DNA of 64,000 bases from Owenia fusiformis. Its lineage: Eukaryota. Below the pieces are notes generated by a model. It had not been told where the DNA came from and ran no database searches. It saw only the letters and a program-made list of their open reading frames with translations. The stretch covers positions 18,042,001 to 18,106,000 of the forward strand of contig CAIIXF020000001.1 of the NCBI GenBank assembly GCA_903813345.2. The letters run 5' to 3'. Below are positions 27,700 through 41,360 of the stretch, one piece after another. A program made the translations under genes and the position numbers. Position 1 is the stretch's first letter. Each line of letters opens with the position of its first letter.

Positions 27700-27760
27700 T
27701 GTGCAGGCGTCGTAAATCAGGTTTCCCTCTGAATGCTTCGCAGAGGATCTGATTGATTGC
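27700..27760. promoter_or_regulatory. Candidate Pbx/Hox enhancer
   Basis: GTCGTAAATCA at 27709-27719 (TGATTTACGAC on the minus strand) and TGATTGATTG at 27750-27759. Confidence 0.4.
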
Positions 27761-30700
27761 ATTCGCATCCTGTCTTATGCATTCATTAAAGCTATGCAAT
27801 CGGAACTATTCTTTGCTTCGTCCAAACCAACAGTTTGTGTGGTATATCAGTAAAAAGGTGATCTGGATCATGCAGTGCAAACTCCTTGGATGTATAAGTG
27901 GGTCAACTGATTATATAACGAAGGGATAGGGGCACGTGTAAAGTAGTTCGGTGATTTGACCGGCACCTGACACAACTACTCAAACTCCCACAAGGCACCC
28001 GTGATACATCCTAACAGGGAGGGCTATTTATCTTTCTTAGCCATTAAACTAATCAAACGAATGTCCGATATTGTGTCCATTTTTTCTCATTAAGTTGGAA
28101 ACATTAGTGAGACAAACTGCTTGCCAAGACTATTTCGTTAAAATTTCTGACAGACTACCCTTTGACTTATACGCATACTTGAACAAAAAATCTCAAGAGA
28201 AAAGTCGTTAATTTAACAACCTTTCAAATATTTAATGAAAAGAACCTATCCCTCGGACCCTTTGATCTATAGGTTAAAAACACGACAAAGGGCATCCCAA
28301 GTTTCTTTCCAAGTTCCAACTATTTGCTTCCCTATCTCACCGCTTTCAACAGGTTCAAACATTTGTATTTTAACCTTTAAGCTGAAGCTGTTTTGAACGC
28401 CTTTGAAGATGAATACTCCCAGTGTTTCAAATATGGTTAGGGCGTGGATATCTAAGTATATTTCTAATATCTAACAACGGCATAAATAAATATCAATAAA
28501 ATATCAAGCTTAACGAAAATATAAACAAATTTTATTTTCAATAAAGATACATTCGATTTAACATCAAATAATGTGCATCATTAGTTATGACCATAAATAG
28601 ACCGTTTAGAACAGTACAATGTACAAGATGTATTTTATAATATAATGGCATATATATAATGGCATGTTCTTATTGTTAGTTGTAAATAATATACATATTT
28701 ACCCATATATTTAATTTAAAGCAAAATCTATCCAATCTAATATTATTAAATCAAATAGAATTACTTTCATATCGTTAGAGTATATACACATTAAAAAAAT
28801 ATTCAGACAGTTAAAATATAATACTTTATTTTCCTAAATGTTCGATCATTCATGATCTAAATTACGGAGTGTTTGGTACCACACATTAGGAAATAATACT
28901 CCACATTGAATTAAATTAGTATTATTTTATTTGAATTAACTAACTAAATTGAAAAAATGTCCAAGACATCCAAAATAATGACCGCTGGAATATTAATAGT
29001 ATTTCATTATTGAGACTTTGAAATAAAAACACAATCATTTATCGTTATTATTTTAGTTTAAAACAACCATATATATTGTCTTGAAATGTTTCCTATTCTC
29101 ATGGTTTATATGCGCTTCCTATTTTATTTAAAAAATCTAGAATGAACAATTTGCTCGGACACTTACGAATAGAAACTGTGCAGTGTACATAGTTAGACAC
29201 AAATTGTTCACAACACAAGCATAGACGTAATATTAGCATTTTTAAAATTATTCTTGGTTTAGATCTTGATTTATTTTATCGTCCGGAGATTCTTGGATAA
29301 AAACGTTCATTCAGTCGTACCGCAAATAGTGAAATATTGGTTTGATCGCATGATTTGTCTTAAGTGTTGTTTCTAAAACAACGAAATAATAGTAAAACAT
29401 GTTATAATATTTCTGAAATACCACTGTGTCAACGTGAAATTATTTTATGTCAAATTTCATGTTTTTACTTCATATATATATTTAAATGAAACCAATATAT
29501 GCCTTCATAAAACGAGGTAGAAAATATAAATTGCAAGAGATTTCATTCCGACTACAAACATAATTGGTATATGAGCAATATAAAAATCATTACAAAGAGA
29601 CTGATTCGACATATTGCATATTAAAATAAAACAAATATATTTTAAATACAAATTCAATAATTATGTAGACTTAGATTGACTTCAATAAATTTATAGCATA
29701 TGTTAGATAAAAAATTAAATAAAAACACATTTAAATGTCAATGGAATCGAGGCCGCGAACGATAGAAAATACTTTCCTATGAAGACATAAAAACCGTCTT
29801 TTCGAAGATAAATTTACGCTACGGAAAACACGTGCAATTATACTATTGTTTCTTTCTAGATATAAATTAATTTTAGAAATTAATGTGTGAATTACATGGA
29901 AGCCATAATGAGGACGGTTCGAAACAAGCGGGATGTATTATTTGCGGCAAAAGAACATTTCTAGTCACAGCGATTCGCCATATGTCTCAAGCAACATGAT
30001 ATAACCAAACATCATGTCGTTATAGCAGGTTACGATTTCAGTCCATCAAATTGAATTTATTTCAATCAGTTGTTCCGTTAAAGCGAGAAGTTATTATTAC
30101 CTCAAAATATCTAAAATGAAAATGAAAGTTTAATAAGGAAGAATTTTAAATTTGTATTACATACTCACAATGTATAACAAATCCCGTATTTAAATGAAAC
30201 CAGACAATCTGATTAATGTTTGATCTGGGTTGTATTGAATCTAGTATAACTCTTATCTTCTTTGACACATGTAATAAATAGTAGTAAATACATCTGATAA
30301 GCCGCTATATATTTGTTTGTACGATCATATATTTAATCTAAATACACCAATAGTCTAAATTGTCATATGGGAAGTGATTCAAATAAGGTTTGTTTTATTC
30401 GCTTATGTTCGACTTATGTTCATATGAATTCGCAATGTTTCCAGAGAAGACACTCCATAAATTGATGCATATTTCCCATCGATTGTGCAATGTATGCTAT
30501 AGTAATTTGTTGGCTTGTAGCCAGTTGAACTAAACACATATATTGGACAAAGCATTCCCTCGATGTATTATCTATCATGGTCTAAGGCTCCCAGCCACAA
30601 GACTGTGTCATGTTTATCATCCAGGGTGCAATATCTCATCTTGTAGATTCCAATATTATGTTCCAATGATCCTAACGGATCTTGTGGTAGTATGAATTGT

Positions 30701-31269
30701 TATCCGCATTATACTGGAACGTTGTAAGCCATTGCTTGTTGTATTAATTCAGCGAATCTCCATTTTTGTTATTCGCAATGGAGGTCAATATTTTCCACAT
30801 GTGATACTTTATCATTGTAAAATGTCGCGTTAATTCGTTTGATAATCCATTGTTTTACTGAAGATATTGCGTCAACTCCGTTCAAGACCAAAAATGAACG
30901 AATTCAGATTGAACATACGATCTAATACCATGGAGTCTTCTTAATGTGTCATAAAAACATAGCAATATAGGTTAGTTAGCTGAAAATAGCAGCCAGTTTA
31001 CTGCAAAACTTTCACATAAATTTAACACTTAAATTTTATTGTCTATTTAGAAAATATAGTTGGCTTAGGAATTGCTGTAGAACACTGGAGGAGTGAGTAA
31101 TAAACTTCATTTACTGTGATACGGTGGGCTATAGAATGTGCTTTATGGTCCCTCAACTGCCCGACTACTACGATTTACTCACGTTATGACTGTGATTATC
31201 AGCAATTATTACTTGATTCCTAGGTCGATATACAGAACATACTGGACTGTAAGACTCTATGTATTAAAC

Positions 31270-31765
31270 GTTATAAAGTTGTCTGTTTTTCTACACACGA
31301 TTTGGTAGACATTTCTTGAATTTTTTGACAAGGATTTTTAAATTGTACAATTTACTAACCATGTGGCGAAGACTGGTTTGCATGCTACGCGAACATAATT
31401 TGCAAGATTTCTTTAAAATAAACTACCATTTATATTGTTTCGGAAAATCTGTAATAATGTGGTTTGTTTAGTCAGTATCAATATATGGTAAGACAAAGAG
31501 TAATTAGGATTTTCCCCATATATTCTCATCATAGCAATATCATGGTTTTTAAATTATCCATTTAGTGCTACTGTTTTGTAGGTAGAGACCACAAAATGGT
31601 TCATATGCCATTGTAAATTGAAACAAGTCATTCTTTCTCAGTTTGATTGTAATAAAAACTGCACTTGCAAATTTGTTTGAAGAATAACTCTGAAGAGGGA
31701 GTGCTAAAATATGGGTTTACTAACGAAACTAATAACGAGTCAGAGAAAAAACGAACAAAAGAAAA
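31270..31765. repeat. Highly degenerate inverted repeat (old MITE?)
   Basis: Mirror-ordered short matches around ~31520: TTGTCTGTTTTTCT/AGAAAAAACGAACAA, AATTTGCAAG/CTTGCAAATT, TGTGGT/ACCACA. Confidence 0.3.
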
Positions 31766-34700
31766 TGCAAATAGCAATACCATTTCGAAAATCAAAGGAG
31801 CCATTTCTATTCTGTGGTAAACGTTAGATATTTTTGTTTTCACCCAATTTTCGGATTTCACGAGTCTGCCTTCGGTTGTATGGTAATACCATATGAAAAC
31901 ATATCTCATCGAATCGACTATTCGGGTTTTTTAAAGTGTCTCGATATAAGCAACTTTATGTTGGTGTTTGTTGATGGTGAGTTATGCGGTATACCCGACA
32001 ACCTACATTTTTGAAGCACCTGAATATTGATTTCGATATTATTCTAATAAAATGTAATTTTCTCCCTGGATTTCTGACCAGTATAAAATGGCTATATGGC
32101 GGTTATCTTCTAAATATCAGCGACATTGGATTAATCTGCTGGTCTACCAGGGACAATACATTTCCAATAATTCAACTATTTATTTGACCATTTTTATGAT
32201 ATTATTGGTTGATAAGATATAACTTCGTTTAAATTGGAATGCTAGATTAACTTTTAATTCGGCCAGTATTTATAGACATTCCAATACTACGGGATGGCCA
32301 TGGGAAGACAAGAAAGCAACACTCGATTAATAAAACTCATTTTATTTAGAAATGAAAGATTACAGTTTTTGGATGTGTTCCTGAATTAGTGGAAATCTCA
32401 TTAATCGCTTGGGCTACATAAGAATTCTTCGTCATTCTACAACCATACATTCAATTATATTGAACTATTCGTGGATAACGTGGATTTTTTAATTATTTTT
32501 CCGTATCCATCTCTACTGCAATTAGTGAGCTACAATTAAGGACGAATTAAGCATCTTTTGTCTCTTAATCCACTTATTTTAGATGAAATTATATTTGATG
32601 TACAATTAGAATATAACAAGCACATAACAATTGTTGGCTTACCCAAGTCTGCCCTTCTCGAATATTTGTTTTATATTTCCATGCTAATGATTCCATACTG
32701 AGTGTGAAATTCAACAAAAAATACAAATGCAATATGGGGTTTTTCATTTTGTATAAATTAAACCGGCATTTTTATTTTCTCAAAGTAATATCAAGGGCAA
32801 CTCTCTTTGTGATAGAATTGTGATAATACTAAAAAGGCTTGATATGTATTTTTCTGTCTAGATCCCTTATCTTTTTCCAACTTCAATTACATATGTCAAT
32901 TATATAATATATGTTGGAAATGTATATGTTTGAGTACCCGCTGCCAACAAACACACCAGCAGATTTTCATGCCATCAAATACATTTGAGTTGATATACAT
33001 TCAAAAGTGTCATATAAACAATAAAAATGTTTAAATTGTAAGCCTAAATTGCATTGCATACTTTTTCAAATGATATATCCACAACCAAATGGATTCCTAT
33101 ATCACTAGAAATGTTAGAAGGATATGATCAGATTAGTTAAACAAAAAACAAATATACAGGTTGTTCCAGAAATAGTGACACATTATTGATTTAGTCATTT
33201 TGGAACTTTTTATTTTAAATTCGAATTAATATAGTTATAATGATTTTTGAAGAAAGGAGGTAATATACAACATTTTTGTATAGTTTAGGAAATTGGGTTT
33301 TATTTTCTTTATAACTGGTTGTGCTTTTAGATGCTTGTTTGATTGTCTGCATTTTATAATTCCCATTTGTCTATCCTATTTTTCCTTAGTGATGGATCAC
33401 CTCAGATTGTATTCTCGAAACATTGCTTGGCAATAGGACAGACATGTTAATCAACTGTTATCAAGTTACTTGGGAACAGTTCATCTTATTGTGTTCTGTA
33501 AAAATATATCGTATATTAGATATGTTAATAGAAGTAATAGAATGAAAACGTTTATATTAAAGTAAATCGAAACAGTGCACTTATAAACAATTTAAGGTTG
33601 TACATAATTAGTGTTCATGAGGTTTTAACATTTTTGATTATGTTTTTTATCTGTTAAATTTATGTGATCGTGAGATTATAAATTAAAATGTTTGTAATCT
33701 TCATTTATGGAGGAAATAAAGAAAATACATACATACATACGACTTTTTCTGGTATGTAGATATTCATAATTATTCATTGAAGAGGTGATCTTATAAAGGG
33801 ACTCGATTGTATAACCTCATATAATATAGTATCAATATACAATAGACAGCATAATGTATCATTTATGATGTGATGGACAAATAAAAATTGACGCATTTTT
33901 GGAAAATAACTTTTTAAACAAAATTGCAAAATAGACTTACCCAACTTGCATTTATTAACCACTCACCACATTGAGCGAATCCCAGTCTGTCATGGAAAAT
34001 AGAAAGGGGTTATATAGAATTACTTGAGGTTCATATTTTGAATGACATTTTTCTCAAAAAATATCAAGATGAGGAGCTACCCCTCTGGTTTTGATTCTCC
34101 ATAGTATCACGGAAACACATTTCACATTACATTGGAGATAAATCACATGAAAAATTGATAGCATATACAGTTTAAAATGTTATTTTAGATGATTCAGGGT
34201 CCACTTTTTGTATCACCTTGTATATGTTGTATATAAAATATGTTGAGTTTTATCTAGTTGTAAAAGTCATTAACTTATTAACAATTTTGTCCCTACTGCA
34301 CAACAACCTGATGGTTAAACAGTTACTTTTACAATGCTGTTGACCCATATAGAGTTTTACATATTAGTGGGTGCGAGAACAGTCTTTAAATGGATATAAT
34401 AGTTTGGTTTTTGATTATGATCGTTTGAAATACTAATTTACAGTGAACATTATGATTTGTGTCGATATGTTGTACAACTAAGTTTTATGTGGTTCATTCA
34501 TTCCTACAAATGAGTACTAGTTGTTACTAGTTGCCATAGTTACCTGTAATTTCCACAAGTCATAATCTTACTTTTTTGTAGAAAATATTTGCATTAATAG
34601 TTTATTTATTATTTGTTTTAGTTTATTAATAGTTATTGTTCCACAATATTCAAATATACATTTTTCCTTATGCATTAGAAGGTTCTATGAGTATAGAAAG

Positions 34701-35204
34701 TTATCTAACTGCAACAAATTAGAAAATGGAGAAATAAAAAATTGGTATAGTGAACCACCCTGTATTTACTTTCAACTACAGGTTTGTTAATAAGCAATAG
34801 ATGCTCGACTGTAAAACGAATTATAAAATTTTCTAACATTGATGAAGATTCCCTATGCATTCTGGCCAAAAACATTTGGCCGTTTGAAATAGCATAAGAC
34901 AAATTGAAGTATATCAGGCTGTCGAAGTTCTAAATTCATTTTAAAATGTTTTCATTTCTACATTTACGAGAATCCATGTGGCTTGATAAATTCATTTATG
35001 TCTCTGCTTTGAAATATTTATCTTGTATAAGATCGTTTAATGCATTTGCTCTTGGTGTTTCTGACGTCTAATAGAACTAATGTTAGTCTAGCCACAACAA
35101 TACGTGTTTGCTTTTTCTAAATGTGATACGGGGAGATGGTGTACAGATGTGAGAACTTTGTGGTTTAGTGTTAATAAAATATTCTGTTTTCTGATTTTAA
35201 ATGG

Positions 35205-35320
35205 AGTTTGATAATTCAATAAATCTTTATTTAAAAAATGCATGCACAATGGCAATGGGGAACGGGGGAAAATACAAGTATAAACGATTAAAAGAAAAAA
35301 GGGACAAAGGAAACAAAGCC
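35205..35320 (-). mobile_element. Possible LINE 3' tail on the minus strand
   Basis: The minus strand reads pyrimidine-rich sequence, then ...TGCATTTTTTAAATAAAGATTTATTGAATT. No ORF support. Confidence 0.3.
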
Positions 35321-37059
35321 GTTGGATATGTGCCGAAGTTACTGTACAATCCGATGACCCAACGTAGGGCAAGCATTGCTCTCATGACCCTCCTTCACCC
35401 ATCTTTCAGGAACTCATATGAAATGGAAAACCACAAGAACATGAGACATATCATCCATGCTGAAGCTATTGCAATTTAATGTGAAAACATTAAATTAATG
35501 TGTGGAATAGAAGATCAGTATGTACACAAGGAAGATATCATACAAGGGGCAGATAGAATCTCACAATATTATACATTTAAACCCATTAGAATTTTTTCCT
35601 GGCGAAGTTGCATGAAAAGGAAAGGACAAATAATTTTACCGGACTCTAATTAGTATTGCTATTCAACCGTACATTCGGTTATTCCCATGAACAGTAAATT
35701 AGGAATTTCATGTTGCTTATAATTTAATAGAACCATTAGAAATTAATAAATATTATCATTCATTATCAATATTTGTGCTTTTTTGCTTCCGGTATATGTC
35801 TGAACAATAGTCATGTTGTTTACATGTACTCTTCAGATAGTATGCTATATTTGAATAAGGAAGCGTCGCTTTTAGAGTATTCGTGAGTTTGGCCGCCTTT
35901 GAATCTTCCTATAAGATGTACATGTACGTGTTTATGGCCATTTATATATTTTTTGAACTCTCATGTTATATTTTACATCTAATCCTACAGAAAACAATAA
36001 CTTCTTTAAACCATATACCCGCTATATAACTAATATGTCTTTTAGATTTAGCAGTTCAACTAGCTACAAGATCGATATATCTAACGATTCTATTTGAAGG
36101 CAAGATCGGAACCATCCGTTTTCAACTCTAATATCCATTATTCAGGATATAGGGATTACACGTTTCTTAAGAGAAAACGCAACATCGACATCAATAATTT
36201 ACTTTATAATCAAACACGACCATAGCGAAGCACGACTGGCAACACTTGCAAAACAAAACATAGAATTCTAAAAGCATGCGAATCAAGTTAAGGCAATCAA
36301 ATAAAGAACATATATTGTAAAATTATTCAAATCAAAATGCATGTCCAGAAAAGCTCAACTATTTTTTAATAATAGTCGCAAAAGTAACATATATTTTTAT
36401 GAAGTTCACGTGGAACAAAACACATTTTAGTATCCACAAGTATAAACCAAAAAGTTCACGGTTATTGGTAAGAGTTGTAAGGTAGAGTATTCCCACAATG
36501 ATTATAATTTAGTTTATGCGTATTGGTGTGATTATGCAAGTGTCTACAACCATACCCTTTAGTAGTCTTGCCATTACAAACCCATAACGCATATTTTAGA
36601 AGTGGTTTGTCGTGGACAGTTATTATGCAACTAAAGATCAAAGGGTCCTTATTGTTCGCAGTTATTTTGATGGACGCTTCCCATGCGAAGTTAACTCATG
36701 TCCGATGTACGAAATTTAAGTTTAATTAATGACGTTAAGTTAATTAAAGCCGTGCACTGGGAAATTGTGACAAAAAACTAATCTTCTCACTAGCCCTAAA
36801 ACTACACGGTTGGGATTCTTAGTATTATTTACTGAATATGCTACCTAACCGCAATAGATTCGTTGAAAGCCGAAACAAGCTCGAGGGGAACATAAGAAAA
36901 TAGTCCTATAAGAGACATGTATTTCTTTCAAATATTATGGCTTCATTTTACAAAAGAAGCATGTTTAATTGATGAAATAGACGTTTTGTAGCATCAGTAA
37001 AGGATTTTGTATCTTTTCGTATGCAAATGTAATTACTATTTTCGATTTACAAAGCGACC

Positions 37060-37258
37060 AAGCGCGGATTGATCGCCTTTATAAATGTTGTTATTTGCCG
37101 ATCAGTCTAGTCAATACGGAACGAATTCTGAGGGAGCTCTGATTGGTCGAGGATTTGTGCATGATACTTATATGTAAATCGGTGTATATCATCAACTATA
37201 TTGAGAGAATTGCTCTAAATCACAAGTGTGAGCTACTACTAGCTGAGCTGGATGATGT
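37060..37258 (+). promoter_or_regulatory. Putative Lox4 core promoter / 5'UTR
   Basis: TTTATAAA at 37078-37085, an Inr-like TCAGTC at 37102-37107, and a reverse CCAAT box CTGATTGGTC at 37139-37148, all just upstream of the CDS. TATA-Inr spacing is slightly short, so the TSS is uncertain. Confidence 0.4.
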
Positions 37259-37266
37259 ATGAGTAA
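37252..37266 (+). other. Out-of-frame uORF (MMYE*) overlapping the first in-frame ATG
   Basis: ATG ATG TAT GAG TAA, then a single A, then the MNSYF ATG at 37268. Confidence 0.55.
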
Positions 37267-37691
37267 AATGAATTCGTATTTTGCAACACCGTTCCTTCAA
37301 GCTCTACCTGGTGAGACGCAGAGTGTCCAAAGTAACATAGGATCTCTCCCCGGAAGATTTGAACCGAGCGCCAGTGGAAGCTTTGACATACAGAATGGTG
37401 GCCAATGTGCCGGAATGAGCGGACAATTCGCTGGACAGTCTTCTGGTCATTATGATCTAAGTCACTGCTCAAGACAGCCTGTAGAGTCCAATGGATATGA
37501 GGCTCAAAGACAATATGGCAGTCCAAATGGCTGGAGTGGCCACGGTCACATCGGTAGCTCAAGTGCCGGGGCAGAGCTCCCACCGGTTAGTAGCGATACC
37601 GCCTTTGCAAATGCTTGTAGTAACCTGGGACAGCCGAACAACTTCTCACAGACTCAAACGCTTCCGTTCTACCCATGGATGGGAATAGTAG
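37259..37691 (+). CDS. Lox4: Hox gene Lox4, coding exon 1 (N-terminus to hexapeptide)
   Basis: ORF MSKMNSYF...TLPFYPWMGIV-G. MNSYF is the central-Hox/Ubx-type SSYF motif, and the second ATG at 37268 may be the real start. FYPWM is the Pbx-binding hexapeptide. The exon ends at a consensus donor AG|GTAAGA (GT at 37692), phase 1. Confidence 0.93.
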
Positions 37692-40600
37692 GTAAGAAAA
37701 TACATTTCCCCCAATTACGCCATTATTTATGTCAACGGAGTATTTAACTTTATTTATGCTACTGTTTTATGGCGAATACTATCTGTTTTATAACCTGTTA
37801 TATGGCACTTACTTGCTGTGACATTAATTTTAATTACCCTCCTATCGCCAATCAGGCCTACTATTGTTTTGACTCAGTTAACCTTATTTATGATCATTCC
37901 AATGCCTGTCTGGTTAAAGGTTCGAACATAAAGATTCTTTATATTTACTCAATTTGCTTATAAAGCAGTTTCGGAACCTGTATTATGATTCACGATTCAA
38001 ATTGATTCATCGTTTATAAAGATAATGATATATTGTATCTGATTTTATTTGTTTATGTATATATCCGGCGTTATTCAATGTTTATTATTAATATCATATT
38101 GAAAACTGCAATATGGCATGATTGACTAATTTTAGATCAGCATCCAGCGGATGATTTAGAGGGCAATGAATCTGTAATTAAAAGCCAATTCAGTTTCCCC
38201 GCCCGCCCCTTCACGGGCCCCCGTGATCCTCTCCCAGTAAACTAGACTATTGCATGCTTAATATAAAGGCATTAGAAATATCTGATTGGGGATTTCTTTT
38301 ATTGCTTTTAGTTGCCATTAACTGGAGATTGCACGAAAACAAGGACTTCTGGGGACTAAATGAAATAAGTCCATTGATGATTATCACATAGATTACATCT
38401 GATACACAATTAAAAGTGTTATTTCTTTAAATGTATTAGATTGAATCCAGCTCACCTCGAATCGGATAGTAAAGATTCTAATGGGGGTTGTTTTATGGCT
38501 ACGATAACGTGATGAGCTGGTATTGAATAATAATGTGAGAAAATGAGATATATTTGAGAGTGATACTAATAAACCCTACATAAAACGGACCCCTAATCAT
38601 ATTCCTGTTCTATCATGTCAATAATGAGAGTTAGATTGAGTGCCATTATTTCAAATGTTATCCAAATACTATCCTTAATAACTAAATATCAACTAATTGT
38701 TATAAATGTCCACTTTACAAAATTGCCGGTAGGGAGGTTACGGTTAATATATCCCTTGTCCACCTGCTACCAAAACTTGCCAAACCCATCTATCATAACT
38801 TTATAGACTACTTGGACCTAGATCATTTCTTATTTGTAATTTTAAAATTGACACTCCCGTTTTTAAATTACCTTTAGATCTAATCAAACGGAATACATAT
38901 CTATTCATTGCCATGATTGATTGCTGAATCAAGGGGAGGGATACCAATACAGATGTCAAGCTCATTTCTAAGCGTGCTGCTACTCCAGAAGACACATTTG
39001 TCATCTATCACTCCCCTATCTTGAACAATAATACTTGATATACATTTTGTCAAAGGCATGGTGAGTTTACCTGGTATTCAAAGGTGTTTGTATTGTTAGT
39101 TATGAGCTCGGGTTATTGGAGGCGCTGGCGTCTGAATCTTTAATCGATTTCTCTCTATCGTATTCAAAGGTAAAAACCTGCTACTCAACTTAAAATAATA
39201 GATATTTGCGACTCGCTTTAACAGAAGTTACAAATTATAAACCCGAAATGAAGAAAAACTATAGTCTTCATTGCAGAGCCAGCTCTCTCATAAATCACGA
39301 AATCAAATATCAAAAAGTTAATATGACCATCAGAATGTATATGTTAAGAATTGTATCTAATACAAAGTTCTCTTTCGAATGGATTCAAAATTAGCATAAC
39401 ACACGTTACTTTCCTTATTTGTGGTTCATGGCATTTCATAATGTTGCTCGATGTGCTATGGTATCAATAAAAGCATGATGGATCCATTTGGTTATTACTA
39501 AGAATGTTGCATACTGTTACCAATGATGCATTATGCATTGTGCCTCAAACCATACCATTTGAGATGTGCCTTTGTTCTTAATAATCATAACTGTTTTTCT
39601 CTGCCGATTGTTCCTCGTTTTCTTTGTATTACCTAGTGTTGCGAAGTGTGTTTTGAAGCTTGTCATATGTTGAATATGAAATTTTAGATTTTAGTTCTTT
39701 TCAAAACTGTTGATCCGTACTGTTGGATCCCTAACTTTTTAGAAACCTTTCATCGATTAAATATGACTTTCTAAATGTTTGTTTGCAATTAATTTCTACA
39801 TCAGACAAACAACCAAAACCATACTTTGTTAGTGATGTTACATGACAATATATATACTATTATATGTTAACTAAAATGACTTACAATAATAATTTTGGGA
39901 TGACAATTTTGGCAAGCATGGCAAAAAACCAAATCAAGGTGGTATATGTTCATTTCATCTGATCGAGTTTCCTTTCATGACCCTTTAACTTTTTACAGTT
40001 TGAGTGGCGATAAATTGATATCTCAGGCAGGTATAAACTTAGAATTATGATTTATTTATCCCGTATAAGATGCTTTAGAAACCACAACCGATGTTCCCTC
40101 AAGAGCCCACAGTGATATTAAATCGTTTCAAATGCAGGCCCTATAAATTAAAAGTATATACATATTAGTACAAGTGCCGCAGCAATATTTAAATATCATT
40201 AGATTTACACAAAAAATACAAAATCATCCTTTCATCTCATATAAAACAATGCTACAATCGATGTGTTTTATAAACAATTACTGTTTTGGAAATGTTCACA
40301 ATTCCCCAGTTTGATTTCAAGTTCCGATTAAATTGAGGTTGCGTTTACTATATTAAAATGGGTGGATGTTCACATTTTCCTTCAAGGCGATACTATTATA
40401 CAGACAGAACACTATCGTGGATGATTCAAGCATCATAAGTGTATCTTTAGGAAGTTGTGTTTCTTCTAGAAATAGGACAGAATCCACTTTCAATATTCAT
40501 AGCAATTTTCGTTTACTTACTCAGACATTAGTAGATAATGCATTACGTGAAATATGAAGTAAAAACGACATGAAGTTCAAAGGACAATGATATATTTGAG

Positions 40601-41097
40601 ACTGGCATTAGTGTTTGTGTCATGCTTAATTCTTATCGTACACAAATTCCTTTCTTCCCCACATAAAAGCAGTTCAGAGAGGATAAGAGGCTTGATGCAA
40701 CGCTGTGGTTTCGAATTCAATTAAAAATGCAACTTGTCGTGTGAAGTTTCTATACGAGACAGTAAAGTATAGATCAATAATAACAAATGTTTTTTTAGGG
40801 ATCAGATGTGTTATTTAGTTGGGTTCTCGTAATTTTATGCAATGTCCTGTTCAAATTATGTAAAGAGAAATCAGGTAGCTTGCTTCTATGGCTGTTTACA
40901 TATACTTTAAATTTAAGTAATGCGAAATATGGTTTGTTTTGCTATTATGACTTTATGCTTTCTTTTGTGGTGCTACAGCCTTGTTGGTAGTGGCGATATG
41001 AGTTTGGTGTTTCTTTAACACATCAACGGGTTAATAAAAACCAATTATTTTGTGTTTTCTTCATATTTTATCAATGTAATATTTCGTATATTTTCAG
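37692..41097 (+). other. Lox4 intron (3406 bp, phase 1, GT-AG)
   Basis: GTAAGA donor and pyrimidine tract plus CAG acceptor. It lies at the usual Hox intron position between the hexapeptide and the homeodomain, and the frame is preserved. Confidence 0.9.
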
Positions 41098-41360
41098 GCC
41101 CCAACTCATCCCAAAGAAGACGAGGTAGACAAACATATAGTCGCTATCAAACTCTAGAATTGGAGAAAGAGTTCCAGTTTAACCATTACCTGACGAGAAA
41201 AAGAAGAATTGAAGTTGCACACTCTTTATGCCTAACTGAAAGACAGATAAAAATATGGTTTCAGAACCGACGTATGAAGCTAAAGAAAGAAAAGCAACAA
41301 ATAAAAGATCTGAACGAAAGTACAAAAGGTGAAGAGGAAGAAGATAAACCATCAGACTGA
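41098..41360 (+). CDS. Lox4: Hox gene Lox4, coding exon 2 (homeodomain 41115-41294 plus Ubd-A parapeptide)
   Basis: Acceptor TTTTCAG|GC at 41097/41098 restores a GGC codon with the phase-1 donor, giving [74 protein letters not shown]. The combination QFNH, TRKRRIE, MKLKKEK and QQIK(D/E)LN matches Lox4 rather than Lox2 (KFNR, TRRRRIELSH, MKEKKE), from my recall of these families. Stop TGA at 41358-41360. Spliced CDS is 696 nt, 231 aa. Confidence 0.93.

Noticed and set aside
30405-30699. Minus-strand frame of about 95 codons with a single stop (possible pseudogene fragment)
   Set aside because: No recognisable protein motif or splice signals.
33156-34220. Pairing of two Tc1-like ends as one element
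   Set aside because: The termini are only loosely similar and the subterminal regions do not align.
37239-37688. Overlapping ORFs 37239-37583 (-) and 37491-37688 (+)
   Set aside because: Shadow frames of GC-richer Lox4 exon 1.
38960-39066. Ubx-style microexon ending at the strong donor G|GTGAGT (39061)
   Set aside because: The nearest acceptor gives a 5-nt frameshifting exon, and the other upstream AGs I tried run into in-frame stops.
39287-39296. Isolated TGATTTAT Pbx-Hox octamers (here and several elsewhere)
   Set aside because: Several are expected by chance in 64 kb of AT-rich DNA; only clustered cases were kept.
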